DNA from: Candidatus Latescibacterota bacterium | GTDB lineage: Bacteria > Latescibacterota > UBA2968 > SICM01 | Reading direction: 5' to 3' | DNA: 64,000 nt | NCBI GenBank assembly: GCA_965217865.1 | Contig: CBDCJO010000002.1 | Span: 2,848,001-2,912,000, forward strand | Shown: in pieces, positions 9,752-20,112 of the stretch | Numbering within the stretch: position 1 is the first letter of the stretch | Layout: the number at the start of each line of letters is the position of its first letter | Notes under the pieces: generated by a model | Told to the model about the DNA's origin: nothing | Seen by the model: only the letters and a program-made list of their open reading frames with translations | The model's database searches: none | Translations under genes and position numbers: made by a program

Positions 9752-10705
9752 TCAGTCCGGTGGGCAAAGGATATCTGGAGGCGGGCAGGATACGGTCATC
9801 TCCTTCCCGGTGCCGGGATGGAAGAATCGAACTTCGTGAGCGTGTAGATAATACCCCCCGTCGCCGGGCAGGGGTACAGGATTCGGATCGACCGGGATGA
9901 CGGGTTTTCCACCCGTCCCATAGATCGGATCCCCAACCAGAGGTAAACCTGCATACACCAGGTGAATCCGGATCTGGTGGGACCGCCCGGTTGGGATGAC
10001 GACTTCAAGAATCGCGTTCCCGTGTTCATGATCTCGGTAAAGCAGCCTGCACTCCGTCCGGGCATATTTCCCGCGGGGCGTCACCCCGTAGAGGGTTCCG
10101 AGGATGGGATAAGGAACCCGGCCGATCGGCGCTTCGATCACAAACTCTGGGGGCATCCGGGTCCCCCGCGCCAGGGCTCGGTAGGTTTTTCGAATACCCC
10201 TATCCCGGATGTCGGCGCAGAGTCTTCGACGGGCCCTCTGTGACCGCCCAAGGAGCATCACCCCGGAAGTCCCCCGTCCAAGCCTGTGGATCGGTGCCGG
10301 AGGCGGATCGCCTCCGTATCTCCGGCTCATCATCGCAAGCAGCGTGTTTTCCAGGAAATTGCCTCCGGGCAAAACCGGAAGTCCTGCGGGTTTTGCCAGG
10401 GCAAGGATGTCATCATCCTCGTGGAGGATTTGGATATCGCGAGGGACATCATCCTCTTTCCAAGGCGGCCGTTCGTAGGATAGTTGTTGACCCGTCTGGA
10501 GAAGGGTATCCGCACCCACCGGTTTCCCGTCGAGATGGATGAGACCTTCCTCGATCCGCTGCCCCCATTCCTCCTGCGAAGAGTGGGGATACCTGCTGAC
10601 ATAAAAATCCAACACGCCTTGCCGCGCGTCCTCGGGTGCGATGCGGTTGGTGTAGGTCCAACCCCGATTGAGACAACCTGGGGACCTGTTTTTCGAATGT
10701 TCCAT
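9752..10705 (-). CDS. RluA-family RNA pseudouridine synthase
   Basis: KPAGLPVLP, HRLGRGTSG, TGRSHQIRIH, PLVGDPIYG, LHAHEVRFFHP; start uncertain. Confidence 0.9.
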   Translation of the reverse strand: MEHSKNRSPGCLNRGWTYTNRIAPEDARQGVLDFYVSRYPHSSQEEWGQRIEEGLIHLDGKPVGADTLLQTGQQLSYERPPWKEDDVPRDIQILHEDDDILALAKPAGLPVLPGGNFLENTLLAMMSRRYGGDPPPAPIHRLGRGTSGVMLLGRSQRARRRLCADIRDRGIRKTYRALARGTRMPPEFVIEAPIGRVPYPILGTLYGVTPRGKYARTECRLLYRDHEHGNAILEVVIPTGRSHQIRIHLVYAGLPLVGDPIYGTGGKPVIPVDPNPVPLPGDGGYYLHAHEVRFFHPGTGKEMTVSCPPPDILCPPD

Positions 10706-10724
10706 CAGCCCGGAGGAGGAATCC

Positions 10725-11627
10725 ATGAAGACACTCTTGACAGGAGCCAGTGGCCTCATCGGTTCTGCGCTGGCTTCAGACCTATCCAACCGCGGACACG
10801 ACGTGGTCCGGCTCGTGCGGTCGGAACCGGAAGCGGAAGCCCTTCTATGGGACCCGGAGGAGGCTGGGACCCTCGAATCGTCGGGACTCGAAGGACTGGA
10901 TTGGGCGGTGCATCTTGCTGGAGAGAACATTGCTTCAAAAAGATGGAGCGAAGAGCAAAAGGACAGGATCCGGGACAGTCGGGTCAATGGGACCCGACTC
11001 CTCTCCGAAACCCTTGCCCGGCTCACAAATCCGCCTCAGGTGCTGATATCCGCGTCCGCGATCGGCTATTACGGAGACCGCGGTGAAGAGATCATGAACG
11101 AGGAAAGCGAATCAGGCTCTGGATTTCTCTCCGAAGTCAGCCGCGAATGGGAGTCTGCAGCTGAACCGGCGGCACGGCAAGGAATTCGGGTCGTCAACCT
11201 TCGATTTGGGGTGGTGCTCAGCCCGTCCGGAGGGGCGCTTGCAAAGATGCTGTTTCCCTTCCGCATGGGCCTCGGTGGCGTGATCGGAGACGGGGGACAG
11301 TACATGAGCTGGATCTCACTCGATGACGCGGTGGGATCGATTTGCCACGCCCTGGCCGAACCCACAATCAAGGGCCCCGTCAATGGGGTATCCCCGAACC
11401 CGGTCACAAACCGGGAGTACACCAAGACACTGGGCAGGGTCCTGTCGCGGCCGACCCTGTTTCCAATGCCCGCCTTTGCCGCGCGTCTGGCCTTCGGTGA
11501 AATGGCCGACGCCCTGCTTCTGGCCAGTACGCGGGTGGACCCCGCCCGCTTGAGGGAGACAGGTTATGAATTCCGCCATCCGGTGCTCGAACCCGCGCTC
11601 AGACATCTCCTGGAAAAGGAAGATTGA
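10725..11627 (+). CDS. TIGR01777/YfcH-family NAD-dependent epimerase
   Basis: TGASGLIG, HLAGENIA, SASAIGYYG, LRFGVVLSPSGGAL, GDGGQYMSWI. Confidence 0.92.
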   Translation: MKTLLTGASGLIGSALASDLSNRGHDVVRLVRSEPEAEALLWDPEEAGTLESSGLEGLDWAVHLAGENIASKRWSEEQKDRIRDSRVNGTRLLSETLARLTNPPQVLISASAIGYYGDRGEEIMNEESESGSGFLSEVSREWESAAEPAARQGIRVVNLRFGVVLSPSGGALAKMLFPFRMGLGGVIGDGGQYMSWISLDDAVGSICHALAEPTIKGPVNGVSPNPVTNREYTKTLGRVLSRPTLFPMPAFAARLAFGEMADALLLASTRVDPARLRETGYEFRHPVLEPALRHLLEKED

Positions 11628-11655
11628 CCCACCAAACCAATAAGGTTCTCAACTT

Positions 11656-12846
11656 TCAATCTTTTACCGGTGTCTGACCATCGGCCCCCGCCCCCTGTTC
11701 CTCCGTGTCCCGATCCGAGTCGATCTCGATCCGTTTCTGGTCCGCCAGTTGAAGGGTCGTCTGGATAAGCCATCGCGCATTCGCACGCCGGCGCAGCTTC
11801 GACCTCTCGAAAAGTTTTTTAGCCCTCTCGAATAGTTCCGGGTCCGGGAGGGCGTGTTTTTTTCGCCCCGTGAGCACATTTTGAATAGTTGAGAAATATG
11901 GGCTCGGATGTGTCTCACGGATCCGGGTCCACTTCTCATAGTCATACGACTTGAGGGAAAACGCCGAAGGGTCATATGTGAACTTTATCCCGAGAGACTT
12001 CACTTTAGGCCCCTCTCCGGAGTCAACCAGATCAGCCCTCACAATCTGTCCGAGAAGGGAAACCTTCATCGGGAGGTCGGTTCGAAACATGTCAGCACCG
12101 TAGATTGAGGACCGAGTGGGATAGAGGGTCAACCGGATCCCGACGTGACGGATAGCCGCGATGGGATCTTCCGGGGAAGCCTCACAGTCTTCCGCAAGGT
12201 AGTCGATTAGTTCATCATCCGCCGCGATCCTGACCCCACTCGCGCTAAAATCGATCAGATTGACCCATTTTCCGGACTCCGGTCGGATATAGCGCGCCCT
12301 CAGGGTAATATGCTCCGAAGCGATATGGAAGACTTCCGCGATCATTTCGTGGTAACCGGGAGGGAGCCCGGTTGAAGAGGAATACCCCATAAGAACCACT
12401 TCTCCGGCCTTCAGGGCATCGGGATCTCCCAGCTCCGGGTGCATCTTGGGTGGCTTTCGGATATAAACCGACTTCTCATCCTCCCGATCGCTCTCCAGTC
12501 CCAGGATCTTGGTACGGCCGAGTACCATCGGGACCACCCGATAACCTCGTAAATCCATGTGGGGTTTTGTGACGTGGATGATTTGATCCGGTATTGGAAT
12601 CTGACGCATCGTCTCCCTGAACAATTCCAGGAGTTTTTGCGGGTCCTCTCCGGAGGGAATGGGCGAGGAAGGGATCTTCGTCCTCGGGGGGTTGGGGCCG
12701 GAATCCGGATAAACCAGGTCCGTCCGCGTTATGAAGAGCTCGAACTGTGCCGGGAGTTGGGTCGGTAGGGCGCTGGATTGAATATCGTGGAGGAACCGCG
12801 CGGAAGCACGGCGCTCAGCTTGGGGGGCTGAGTTTTGGTCGGACAT
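11656..12846 (-). CDS. Hypothetical protein with PilZ-like motifs
   Basis: 396-aa ORF; ERRASAR (RxxxR), DFSASG (DxSxxG), GQIVR...LGIKF. Confidence 0.55.
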   Translation of the reverse strand: MSDQNSAPQAERRASARFLHDIQSSALPTQLPAQFELFITRTDLVYPDSGPNPPRTKIPSSPIPSGEDPQKLLELFRETMRQIPIPDQIIHVTKPHMDLRGYRVVPMVLGRTKILGLESDREDEKSVYIRKPPKMHPELGDPDALKAGEVVLMGYSSSTGLPPGYHEMIAEVFHIASEHITLRARYIRPESGKWVNLIDFSASGVRIAADDELIDYLAEDCEASPEDPIAAIRHVGIRLTLYPTRSSIYGADMFRTDLPMKVSLLGQIVRADLVDSGEGPKVKSLGIKFTYDPSAFSLKSYDYEKWTRIRETHPSPYFSTIQNVLTGRKKHALPDPELFERAKKLFERSKLRRRANARWLIQTTLQLADQKRIEIDSDRDTEEQGAGADGQTPVKD

Positions 12847-12923
12847 AAACCGGATGGAGTGGGCGAGAGTCTACGCGGTTTTTCGGTCACACAGGAACAG
12901 GACCGAACGCTTGATTGGCTCGA

Positions 12924-13295
12924 TTATCGGGAGTTCCGCAGACTGTCGGTCGGAAGCACCCTCGGCTGATCTTGACCCTTTGAGAGGTACCACATCCGCC
13001 GCTGCACGACATCAACATCCTGGCGCAGCGATTGGATATGCGCGTGGAGGCTATCCAGGCGCGTGAGGATTCGGGTGGCGTCGGCGGATGAGGATCCGAA
13101 TTGGGCGACCGGCCCCCCTTTGGATAAGGAATAATTCCAAAGACAGACCACAAGCGCGCAGGCAGCCAGGATGAATGCAACACTGGAGGCTGAGCGGTTC
13201 CCCTCGGTCCGGCGCGCATACGCATTCCCGACCATGAAAATCAGGATCACCAGTGCGAATAAAAAGTTTGCAGTGTTCAGCAATGGGACTCTCAA
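12924..13295 (-). CDS. Small membrane protein, hypothetical
   Basis: Two hydrophobic segments then a coiled-coil-like tail; overlaps the xdhC stop. Confidence 0.55.
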   Translation of the reverse strand: MRVPLLNTANFLFALVILIFMVGNAYARRTEGNRSASSVAFILAACALVVCLWNYSLSKGGPVAQFGSSSADATRILTRLDSLHAHIQSLRQDVDVVQRRMWYLSKGQDQPRVLPTDSLRNSR

Positions 13296-14401
13296 GCGGA
13301 ATTTTTTCTGAGTGCCTTTGTTTCCACATGAAGAGGTTTCCCCCGGGAACGCCGCACGGCGATGAGTTCGGCCACCACACTGACGGCGATCTCCTCGGGA
13401 TTGTCGGCCCCGATATCGAGTCCGATCGGGGCGTGGACCTCATCGAGACGGGAACGGGGGATTCCCTTGGCCTCGAGTTGCCTCCACATCAGAGCGATCT
13501 TCCTACGGCTGCCGATCATACCGATATATTTCGCATTCGTGCGGACAGCCTGTTCGATGACAGGTTTGTCGTGCTGGTGGCCCCGTGTCACCGCCACAAG
13601 GTAGGATTGCTCGTCGATGTCAAGGTGTTCGAAGCAGTGCTCCAGATCCAGAACGTGGGTTTCGTCCGCCTCCGGAAATCGTTCCTGGTTCGCGAACATG
13701 GGCCGGTCGTCTACGACCGCGATCTGAAAGCCTGAAGCCTTGGCGATCCTGGCGATTTGGAGGGACACGTGACCGCCACCGAAGAGATACAGACGGGGTG
13801 CGGGAACGATCGACTCGAGGAAAATGCGGTGGTCTTCCCGGCCCTCGGGTTTCTCAATCGTAACCGTCAGAACTTTCAGGAGGTTTTCGTCGATTTCGTC
13901 CCCAATCTCTTCCCTCACACGAAGATCAAGTACCGGATTCCCGAGCGTGCCATGGATGGTCCCGTCCTTCCGGACAAGGAGCTTCGAGGCAAAGTCATTT
14001 GGCTCGTCCGAGACCAGGGTGGCCAGGATCGCAGACGCATCTTTTCGCCTCAGGTCAATGATCTCCTCGAGGGTCGATTTTGACCCTTCGGCGGTGATGG
14101 GCTCGGTGAAGATTTCGACATTCCCCCCACAGTTCAGCCCGTCCTCCCCCGCGTGTTTCTCAGTAAGGATGAAATGTTGCAGGCTGGAAACACCGGATTC
14201 GATCACATGCCTACCCTCTGCCCAGACATCCGCTTCGAGGCATCCGCCTCCGACGGTCCCGACGATCTTGTTGTCGGGTTTCACCAGCATTTTGGCCTTC
14301 TTGCTCATCGGAAGGGATCCCTTGCTCGACACGATTGTCGACAGGGCCGCACGTTCTCCGCGTTCGATGATCTTAAGGGCTTCTTTGAATATGTCCTGCA
14401 C
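13292..14401 (-). CDS. XdhC/CoxI-family molybdoenzyme maturation factor
   Basis: GTVGGGCLEA, CGGNVEIF, LFGGGHVS, VVDDR, TRGHQHD, YIGMIGSRRK, APIGLDIGA.PEEIAVS. Confidence 0.93.
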   Translation of the reverse strand: MQDIFKEALKIIERGERAALSTIVSSKGSLPMSKKAKMLVKPDNKIVGTVGGGCLEADVWAEGRHVIESGVSSLQHFILTEKHAGEDGLNCGGNVEIFTEPITAEGSKSTLEEIIDLRRKDASAILATLVSDEPNDFASKLLVRKDGTIHGTLGNPVLDLRVREEIGDEIDENLLKVLTVTIEKPEGREDHRIFLESIVPAPRLYLFGGGHVSLQIARIAKASGFQIAVVDDRPMFANQERFPEADETHVLDLEHCFEHLDIDEQSYLVAVTRGHQHDKPVIEQAVRTNAKYIGMIGSRRKIALMWRQLEAKGIPRSRLDEVHAPIGLDIGADNPEEIAVSVVAELIAVRRSRGKPLHVETKALRKNSA

Positions 14402-14483
14402 GTATCACCCCTCACATTTTTCGAATCGACTGTCATCCTTATGGAGCAAACTGACCCAAGCCCAGGAGCCTCATACCCCAGAT

Positions 14484-15632
14484 CTAAATCCAGATCGAGC
14501 GGAGGGTCTTGGCCAGTTGGACGAGGCTCTGCAGGTTGTGTGCCGGCAGGAAATAGTCGAGGTATGGCAGGGCGGTCTTCATACCCAGACAGAGAGGCTG
14601 ATACCCCGGACTTCCAAGTAGCGGGTTGAGCCAGATCGTTTTGTACGCTCGACGTCGAAGCCTTTCCATCTCGCGTTGCATCAAGTCCGCGTCCCCTCGG
14701 TCCCACCCGTCGCTCACGATCACGACAACGGTATTGCTCCTGAGCATCTCTCTGCTGAACTTGTCATTGAATTCACAAATGCTCTTTCCGATGTCCGTAC
14801 CACCGGCCCAATCCTCCACGGACCGTGCGACCTCGGCCAGAGATGCCTCCACACTCCGGGTCTGAAGGAGGCGGGATATAATCGTTAGATGGGTGCTGAA
14901 AACGGCGACCTCTACTTGCTTCAACTCCCGCTTGAGGCCGTATATAAACTGAATGAGAAACTTGCTGTAGCAGTCCATCGATCCGCTGACGTCGCATATC
15001 AACATCAACCGGGTCTTCTTAATCTTTTTTCGTTTGTTGGCGATTTCGATCCCGTCTCTTCCGAAGATGATATTTCTCCGCCAGGTTTTTCGAAAATCAA
15101 TCTCCCGACCCCTTCGGGAAGGGGTCCTCCTGCGGCTTATTTTGGTGGAGATGATGTCCACGATGTGAGCGATGATTCTTCTCGCCTCCTCAATCTCCTT
15201 GTCGGTGAGTGAAGCCAAATCTTTTTGGGCCAGCACCTCTTCGGGGCTATACCAGATCGCCTCAGCCTCCCCATCTTCCTCCCCCTCATCATCCGACCAG
15301 TCGAGAAGATCCACCTGCCTCTCCTTCGAATGGGTCGCAAATTCCTCTTCACCGCAGAGATTCTCCGCTTCGGAGGGGTACGGTTTGAGCTCGTCCAAGG
15401 GTGATTCCCAATACGAACGGAAGACCGCGTCAAAAGTCTCCAGATCCTCCTGCCGTGAGATCAGGTTCGTACGAGCCGAGTGATAAAAATCCCTCCGGTC
15501 GCTGATCGGGACATAGTCGAAACTCCGGCATAGGTCGATCAGGTTTCCGGCGGGAACCTCCACTCCCGCCCTTCTGAGAAAACGGGAGAATGAGACCACC
15601 CTTCCGAGGGTTGAACGGTCAGTTCGAGGCAT
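14484..15632 (-). CDS. coxE: CoxE-like VWA-domain protein
   Basis: CDVSGSMDCYS, WAGGTDIG, VSDGWDRGD, IWLNPL. Confidence 0.88.
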   Translation of the reverse strand: MPRTDRSTLGRVVSFSRFLRRAGVEVPAGNLIDLCRSFDYVPISDRRDFYHSARTNLISRQEDLETFDAVFRSYWESPLDELKPYPSEAENLCGEEEFATHSKERQVDLLDWSDDEGEEDGEAEAIWYSPEEVLAQKDLASLTDKEIEEARRIIAHIVDIISTKISRRRTPSRRGREIDFRKTWRRNIIFGRDGIEIANKRKKIKKTRLMLICDVSGSMDCYSKFLIQFIYGLKRELKQVEVAVFSTHLTIISRLLQTRSVEASLAEVARSVEDWAGGTDIGKSICEFNDKFSREMLRSNTVVVIVSDGWDRGDADLMQREMERLRRRAYKTIWLNPLLGSPGYQPLCLGMKTALPYLDYFLPAHNLQSLVQLAKTLRSIWI

Positions 15633-15633
15633 A

Positions 15634-16578
15634 TCAAGAGCTCCCCGTCCGGAGAATCCGGTCGTCCGGTTCCCGCTTTGAAGCACGATCCTTCAGGACT
15701 TTGGCCTTCTCGATCAGTTCCGAGATACCATCATCTTGAACCCTCTGGATGTCCTCGCGGTATTTAAAAATGCAGCCGATTGTCGCGTCGACGTTCCCGT
15801 TGTCTAGCTCTTCGACACCCAGCGTCATCAAAGCCATGGCCCAGTCGATGGTTTCTGCAATCCCCGGCCTTTTGTAGAAGTCCCGCGTCCGGGCGACCTG
15901 CATGAACCCGCAAACCTGCCCGGCGAGGTTGTCTTTGATCCCCCGGACCTTGGCCTTGACGATTTCCAATTCCTTTTCGAAATTTGGATAGTCGATCCAG
16001 AGATAAAGGCAGCGGCGTTTGAGGGCGTCGTGGATCTCCCGCGTTCGGTTGGAGGTCAGGACGACGTAGGGACGGTGCTTCGCCTTGATCGTACCGATCT
16101 CTGGAATCGTGATCTGGAAATCCGAAAGGACCTCCAAGAGGAACGCCTCGAACTCTTCGTCGGAACGGTCCACCTCATCGATCAACAGGACCGGCGGACG
16201 CTTGGAGTTCCCCTGAATAGCGTCCAGGAGGGGTCGTTTGAGGAGAAACTCCTCGCTGAAGATATTCCTTCCGATCTCCTCCTTCGAATGTCCCCTCGCC
16301 TCTTCGAGGCGGACCTCCAGCATTTGCTTGGGATAGTTCCACTCGTAAAGCGATGTATTTGCGTCGAGTCCCTCGTAACACTGAAGGCGAATCAGGCGAG
16401 TTTTAAGAATTTCGGCCATCACCTTGGCCACTTCGGTTTTACCTACCCCCGACTCACCTTCGAGGAAAACAGGCTTATTCAGGGAGCCGGCTAAAAAGAC
16501 GGTTGTGGCCAGCGCTCGGTCCGTGACATAGTCTTTAGTCGCGAAAGCCCTCTCGATTTCGTCGATGCTCTTGAGCAT
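15634..16578 (-). CDS. coxD: CoxD-like MoxR AAA+ ATPase
   Basis: GESGVGKT, RLQCYEGLD, YEWNY, LLIDEVDRSDEEFEAFLLE, TSNRTREIHDALKRRC. Confidence 0.9.
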   Translation of the reverse strand: MLKSIDEIERAFATKDYVTDRALATTVFLAGSLNKPVFLEGESGVGKTEVAKVMAEILKTRLIRLQCYEGLDANTSLYEWNYPKQMLEVRLEEARGHSKEEIGRNIFSEEFLLKRPLLDAIQGNSKRPPVLLIDEVDRSDEEFEAFLLEVLSDFQITIPEIGTIKAKHRPYVVLTSNRTREIHDALKRRCLYLWIDYPNFEKELEIVKAKVRGIKDNLAGQVCGFMQVARTRDFYKRPGIAETIDWAMALMTLGVEELDNGNVDATIGCIFKYREDIQRVQDDGISELIEKAKVLKDRASKREPDDRILRTGSS

Positions 16579-16747
16579 GTGAGCTCTCTATCTATTTCAT
16601 TAAAAAAGGGTTAGGGGCCGGATTCCGACATTAAAAAAAGACTTTCTCATATGCCCTGGGAGTCGAATATTGAATATACTGAAATACACAAAAAGAGTCA
16701 AGGTTGGAGGACTGGCCGCAAGTTCCTCCGCGGTTCACCCTTCCTTA

Positions 16748-16776
16748 TTGACTTGCCCCATCACATTTGGTATATA
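16748..16776 (+). promoter_or_regulatory. Sigma70-type promoter
   Basis: TTGACT-N17-TATATA with extended -10 TG, upstream of the cupin gene. Confidence 0.55.
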
Positions 16777-16829
16777 AGAATCCGTCTTCGTCAATCTCCA
16801 ATTTTCAGCGACCCTCAAAGGAAAGCATC

Positions 16830-17476
16830 ATGGGTTTTCCGATTTACGACTTCAGAAAAGATATTCGAAATGTACTCGTCACCCCCCAGATCCGTGCCCG
16901 ATTTCTCAGGATGGAACCCGGACAGGTCGCCAACCTCCACTCCCACGACCTGGGGGTAGAGGTGTTTCTAATCCTTGAAGAAAAGCCGAGTTCGAAATAG
17001 ACGGTGAAACCGAAGTGATCGGACCCGGCCAGATGTGCGTTGCCCTGGCCAATCAAATGCACATCGTGAGCGTCGTAGGGGATCGTCCGATGACCATGTA
17101 TCTCTCGGTGACCCCACATATTCAACCGACACACACAGGACGAACCCCCGAAGGGGATCGGCTCCCCCTCAAGTTCTCACCGTCAAGGTCTTACGACGAA
17201 AAACCCGATCCCGATATTCCCCCGGAAAAGTTGGTCCACCGACAGGTAGAAGCGGCCCGGGAGGTTGCGAAAGCCGCTCGAACCAGCTCCAGGATCCACC
17301 TGGCGGTGAGAGACAAACTTAAAGCCGCGTTCGTAGATGGAGACAGAGACATCCTCCACGAGGTTCGTGGAGAAATCTGGGGGGCGATTTTTGAGACCTT
17401 CGAGAGGGTCAACGAACTGGCTTCAACCTGGAATCAGCTTGCTGCAAGAACAGTAGAGACGGAGCAGGTAAGGTAG
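16830..17476 (+). pseudogene. Cupin-domain protein with a frameshift near 16980
   Basis: MGFPIYD...HSHDLGVEVFLILE continues in another frame as KAEFEIDGETEVIGPGQMCVALANQMH; one base missing in GAAGAAAAG. Confidence 0.8.
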
Positions 17477-18369
17477 TCTTCTGAATCCCATCGATTCCGT
17501 ATACCAGGATCATGGATGAAAGAACAATACCACCCGTTAGACTCGGAGTCATCGGATGCGGAGCGATCGCCCAGATTCAACATCTGCCGAACCTCGCCTC
17601 CCTTCGGGAGGAGTTTGAAGTGGTCACGGTCTGCGACCGTTCACCTGCTCTGGCCGAATATGTCGCCAACACCTTTCACGTTCCGAATTTTACCACCGAC
17701 TACAACGACCTTTTGGCATCCGATCTCGATGCCCTCCTCCTCTGCCACACCGACCCAAAGACCACGGTTGCCGTTGGCGCCTTCGAAGCGGGGAAGCACG
17801 TCTTTATGGAAAAACCGATGTGCTACTCCATCCAGGATGCGGATGCCATTATCGCCGCCGCTCGAAAATCCGGGAAGGTCGGCCTGGTCGGATATGTGAA
17901 AGTCTACGATCCCGCGTTCGAACTCGCAAAACGGGAAGCCGACGAAATGGACGATATCCGTTTCGTCCAGATTAACCACCTGCATCCCAACAACAAGCTC
18001 CATCTTTCCCAATATCGGATCAAACGGTTCGACGACCTCCCCCCCAGGGAATCAGTCGAGGGAAAGGGAGAAAAGAGAAAATCTCTCCAGGCCATCGGGG
18101 ACGTGCCCAGCCACGTGGAGCAGGCTTTTTTTACCGTTTCAGGCAGCATGATCCACGACCTCTACGGCCTGCGCATCCTGCTCGGGGAACCCAAGGCCGT
18201 GATCAGCACTGAGATTTGGAATGACGGCCGGGCGATCAACACCGTTCTAGACCCTATACAAGCGTGAATTTTTCTTGGTTTTAGTAGAAAAAAGTTGAAA
18301 TGCCCCAGTTTTCAGGCCTATAGTTGTAGTGTGAAAGACAAAAAGAGGCCATCAAAAGGGGCATTTCAG

Positions 18370-20112
18370 ATGAGAGAATACAGGAAGATTCTTCGGAACA
18401 GGGAAGCACGAATTGTCCGTCGTTTGCGTCGGAAGCAGTGGTGCAGTCAGGTCAAGCCTATGATGTCTGGGGGAAACATCCACTACGAGATAAGTGGGAA
18501 GGCCGAGGCGATCACGTGTGGGGGGATCGGCGCGTTTCACCACCTGGTCCGCAGGGTTGGGCTGGTGAAAGAGATTGACCGTCATCTTCATCTTTTGAAA
18601 GTGCATTTGCCCTGTCACGAATCAGACCACGTTCTGAACATCGCCTACAATGCGCTGGTTGGTGGTCAACGCCTTGAAGACATTGAGCTGCGCCGGCAGG
18701 ATGCCACGTTCCTGAACGCTTTGGGCGCTCAGCGTCTCCCGGATCCGACCACAGCAGGCGACTTTACACGTCGTTTCCGGCCATCGGATATCGAGACGTT
18801 GATGGATTGCATCAACCGGGTGCGCACCCGGATCTGGAAAAAGCGCGCCAGGGGCGAACTCAAAGAAGCCCTCATCGACATCGACGGCACCCTGGCCACC
18901 ACCCTCGGAGAACGCAAGCAGGGCATGGCCCTGTCATACAACGGTATCTGGGGATACCATCCTCTCGTGGTCTCTCTGGCGAACACCAGGGAGGTGTTGT
19001 TTCGGTGATTATATACTTGATAAAGTCATGATAGTGATGAAGGCTCTGTCTACTCAAACAATCTGTTGGCAGTCCCCATGCCGACAAATATAGAAACAGG
19101 ACATCAAAAATCAGGTAAAGAAATCGCTCGAATCGGACGATCTCCGGCCAAGGGACGGGGCATTCTGCGAGACTTTCGCAAAAAACTCAACATTTTTGGA
19201 TAAAGCAAATAGCCTTTGTCAAGTATATAATTCCCGTTGTTTCTTGTGAATCGACCCGGCCATGTGCCCAGCCACGACGGTGCCGTAAAGTGGATCGATC
19301 GCGCCATCGCGCTGGTCGCCCCTTTCGCCAAACGCATCTGCCTGCGCGGAGACACCGGCTTCTCACTCACCCGGCACTTCGATCGTTGGTCGGAAAAGGT
19401 CGACTTCGTCTTCGGCATGGATGCTTACCGGGGATTGGTCAAGATCGCCAAATCCCTGTCACAGAGCGATTGGGAGCCCTTTGAACGACAACCCAAATAC
19501 CAGGTCAAGACCTCCCAGAGACAGAAACGCGAGAACGTGAAAGCCCGGATCATCCGGGAGCGCGGCTTCAAAAACATCCGACTTGCCAGTGAACGTGTTG
19601 CCGGGGTTTCGTATCGTCCTGCTCGATGCAGGAAGACCTGTCGACTCGTGATCCTCGAAAAGAACCTGAGCGTCGAACGCGGCGAAAACGCCCTGTTCGA
19701 TGACAAGCGCTGTTTCTTCTACATTACCACCCGAAAAGATCTTACGGCCGCGGAAATCGTGAGGCTGGCCAATCGACGGTGCGATCAGGAAAACGTGATT
19801 GAACAACTCAAGAACGGGGTCAACGCCATGCGGATGCCCGTCGACAACCTGATGAGCAACTGGGCTTACATGGTCATGACCGCCCTGGCGTGGAACCTCA
19901 AAGCCTGGTTCGCGTTGATGATCCGAAAGCGTGAGCGTCGCGATCAACTTCTGAGAATGGAGTTTCGCGCCTTCCTCCAGAATCTGATCTGGATCCCTTG
20001 CCAGATCGTGACCCGGGGAAGACAGATCATCTATCGTGTCTTGGGCTACAACCGGTGGATGACTGACTTCTTCCCGGCCTGGAACAGAATCAGATGGCTC
20101 AAACCGGCCTGA
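18370..20112 (+). pseudogene. IS1380 transposase interrupted by a MITE
   Basis: HESDHVLNIAYN, IDIDGT, WGYHPLVVSLANT | LVNRPG, LRGDTGF, RCDQENVIEQLKNG, NWAYM; excising 19004-19243 restores EVLFLVNRPG. Confidence 0.9.
19004..19235. mobile_element. 232-bp MITE with IS1595-family (ISNwi1-like) ends
   Basis: 8-bp target duplication GTTGTTTC (18996-19003, 19236-43); TIRs GGTGATTATATACTTGATAAAG / CTTTGTCAAGTATATAATTCCC; no transposase. Confidence 0.88.
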
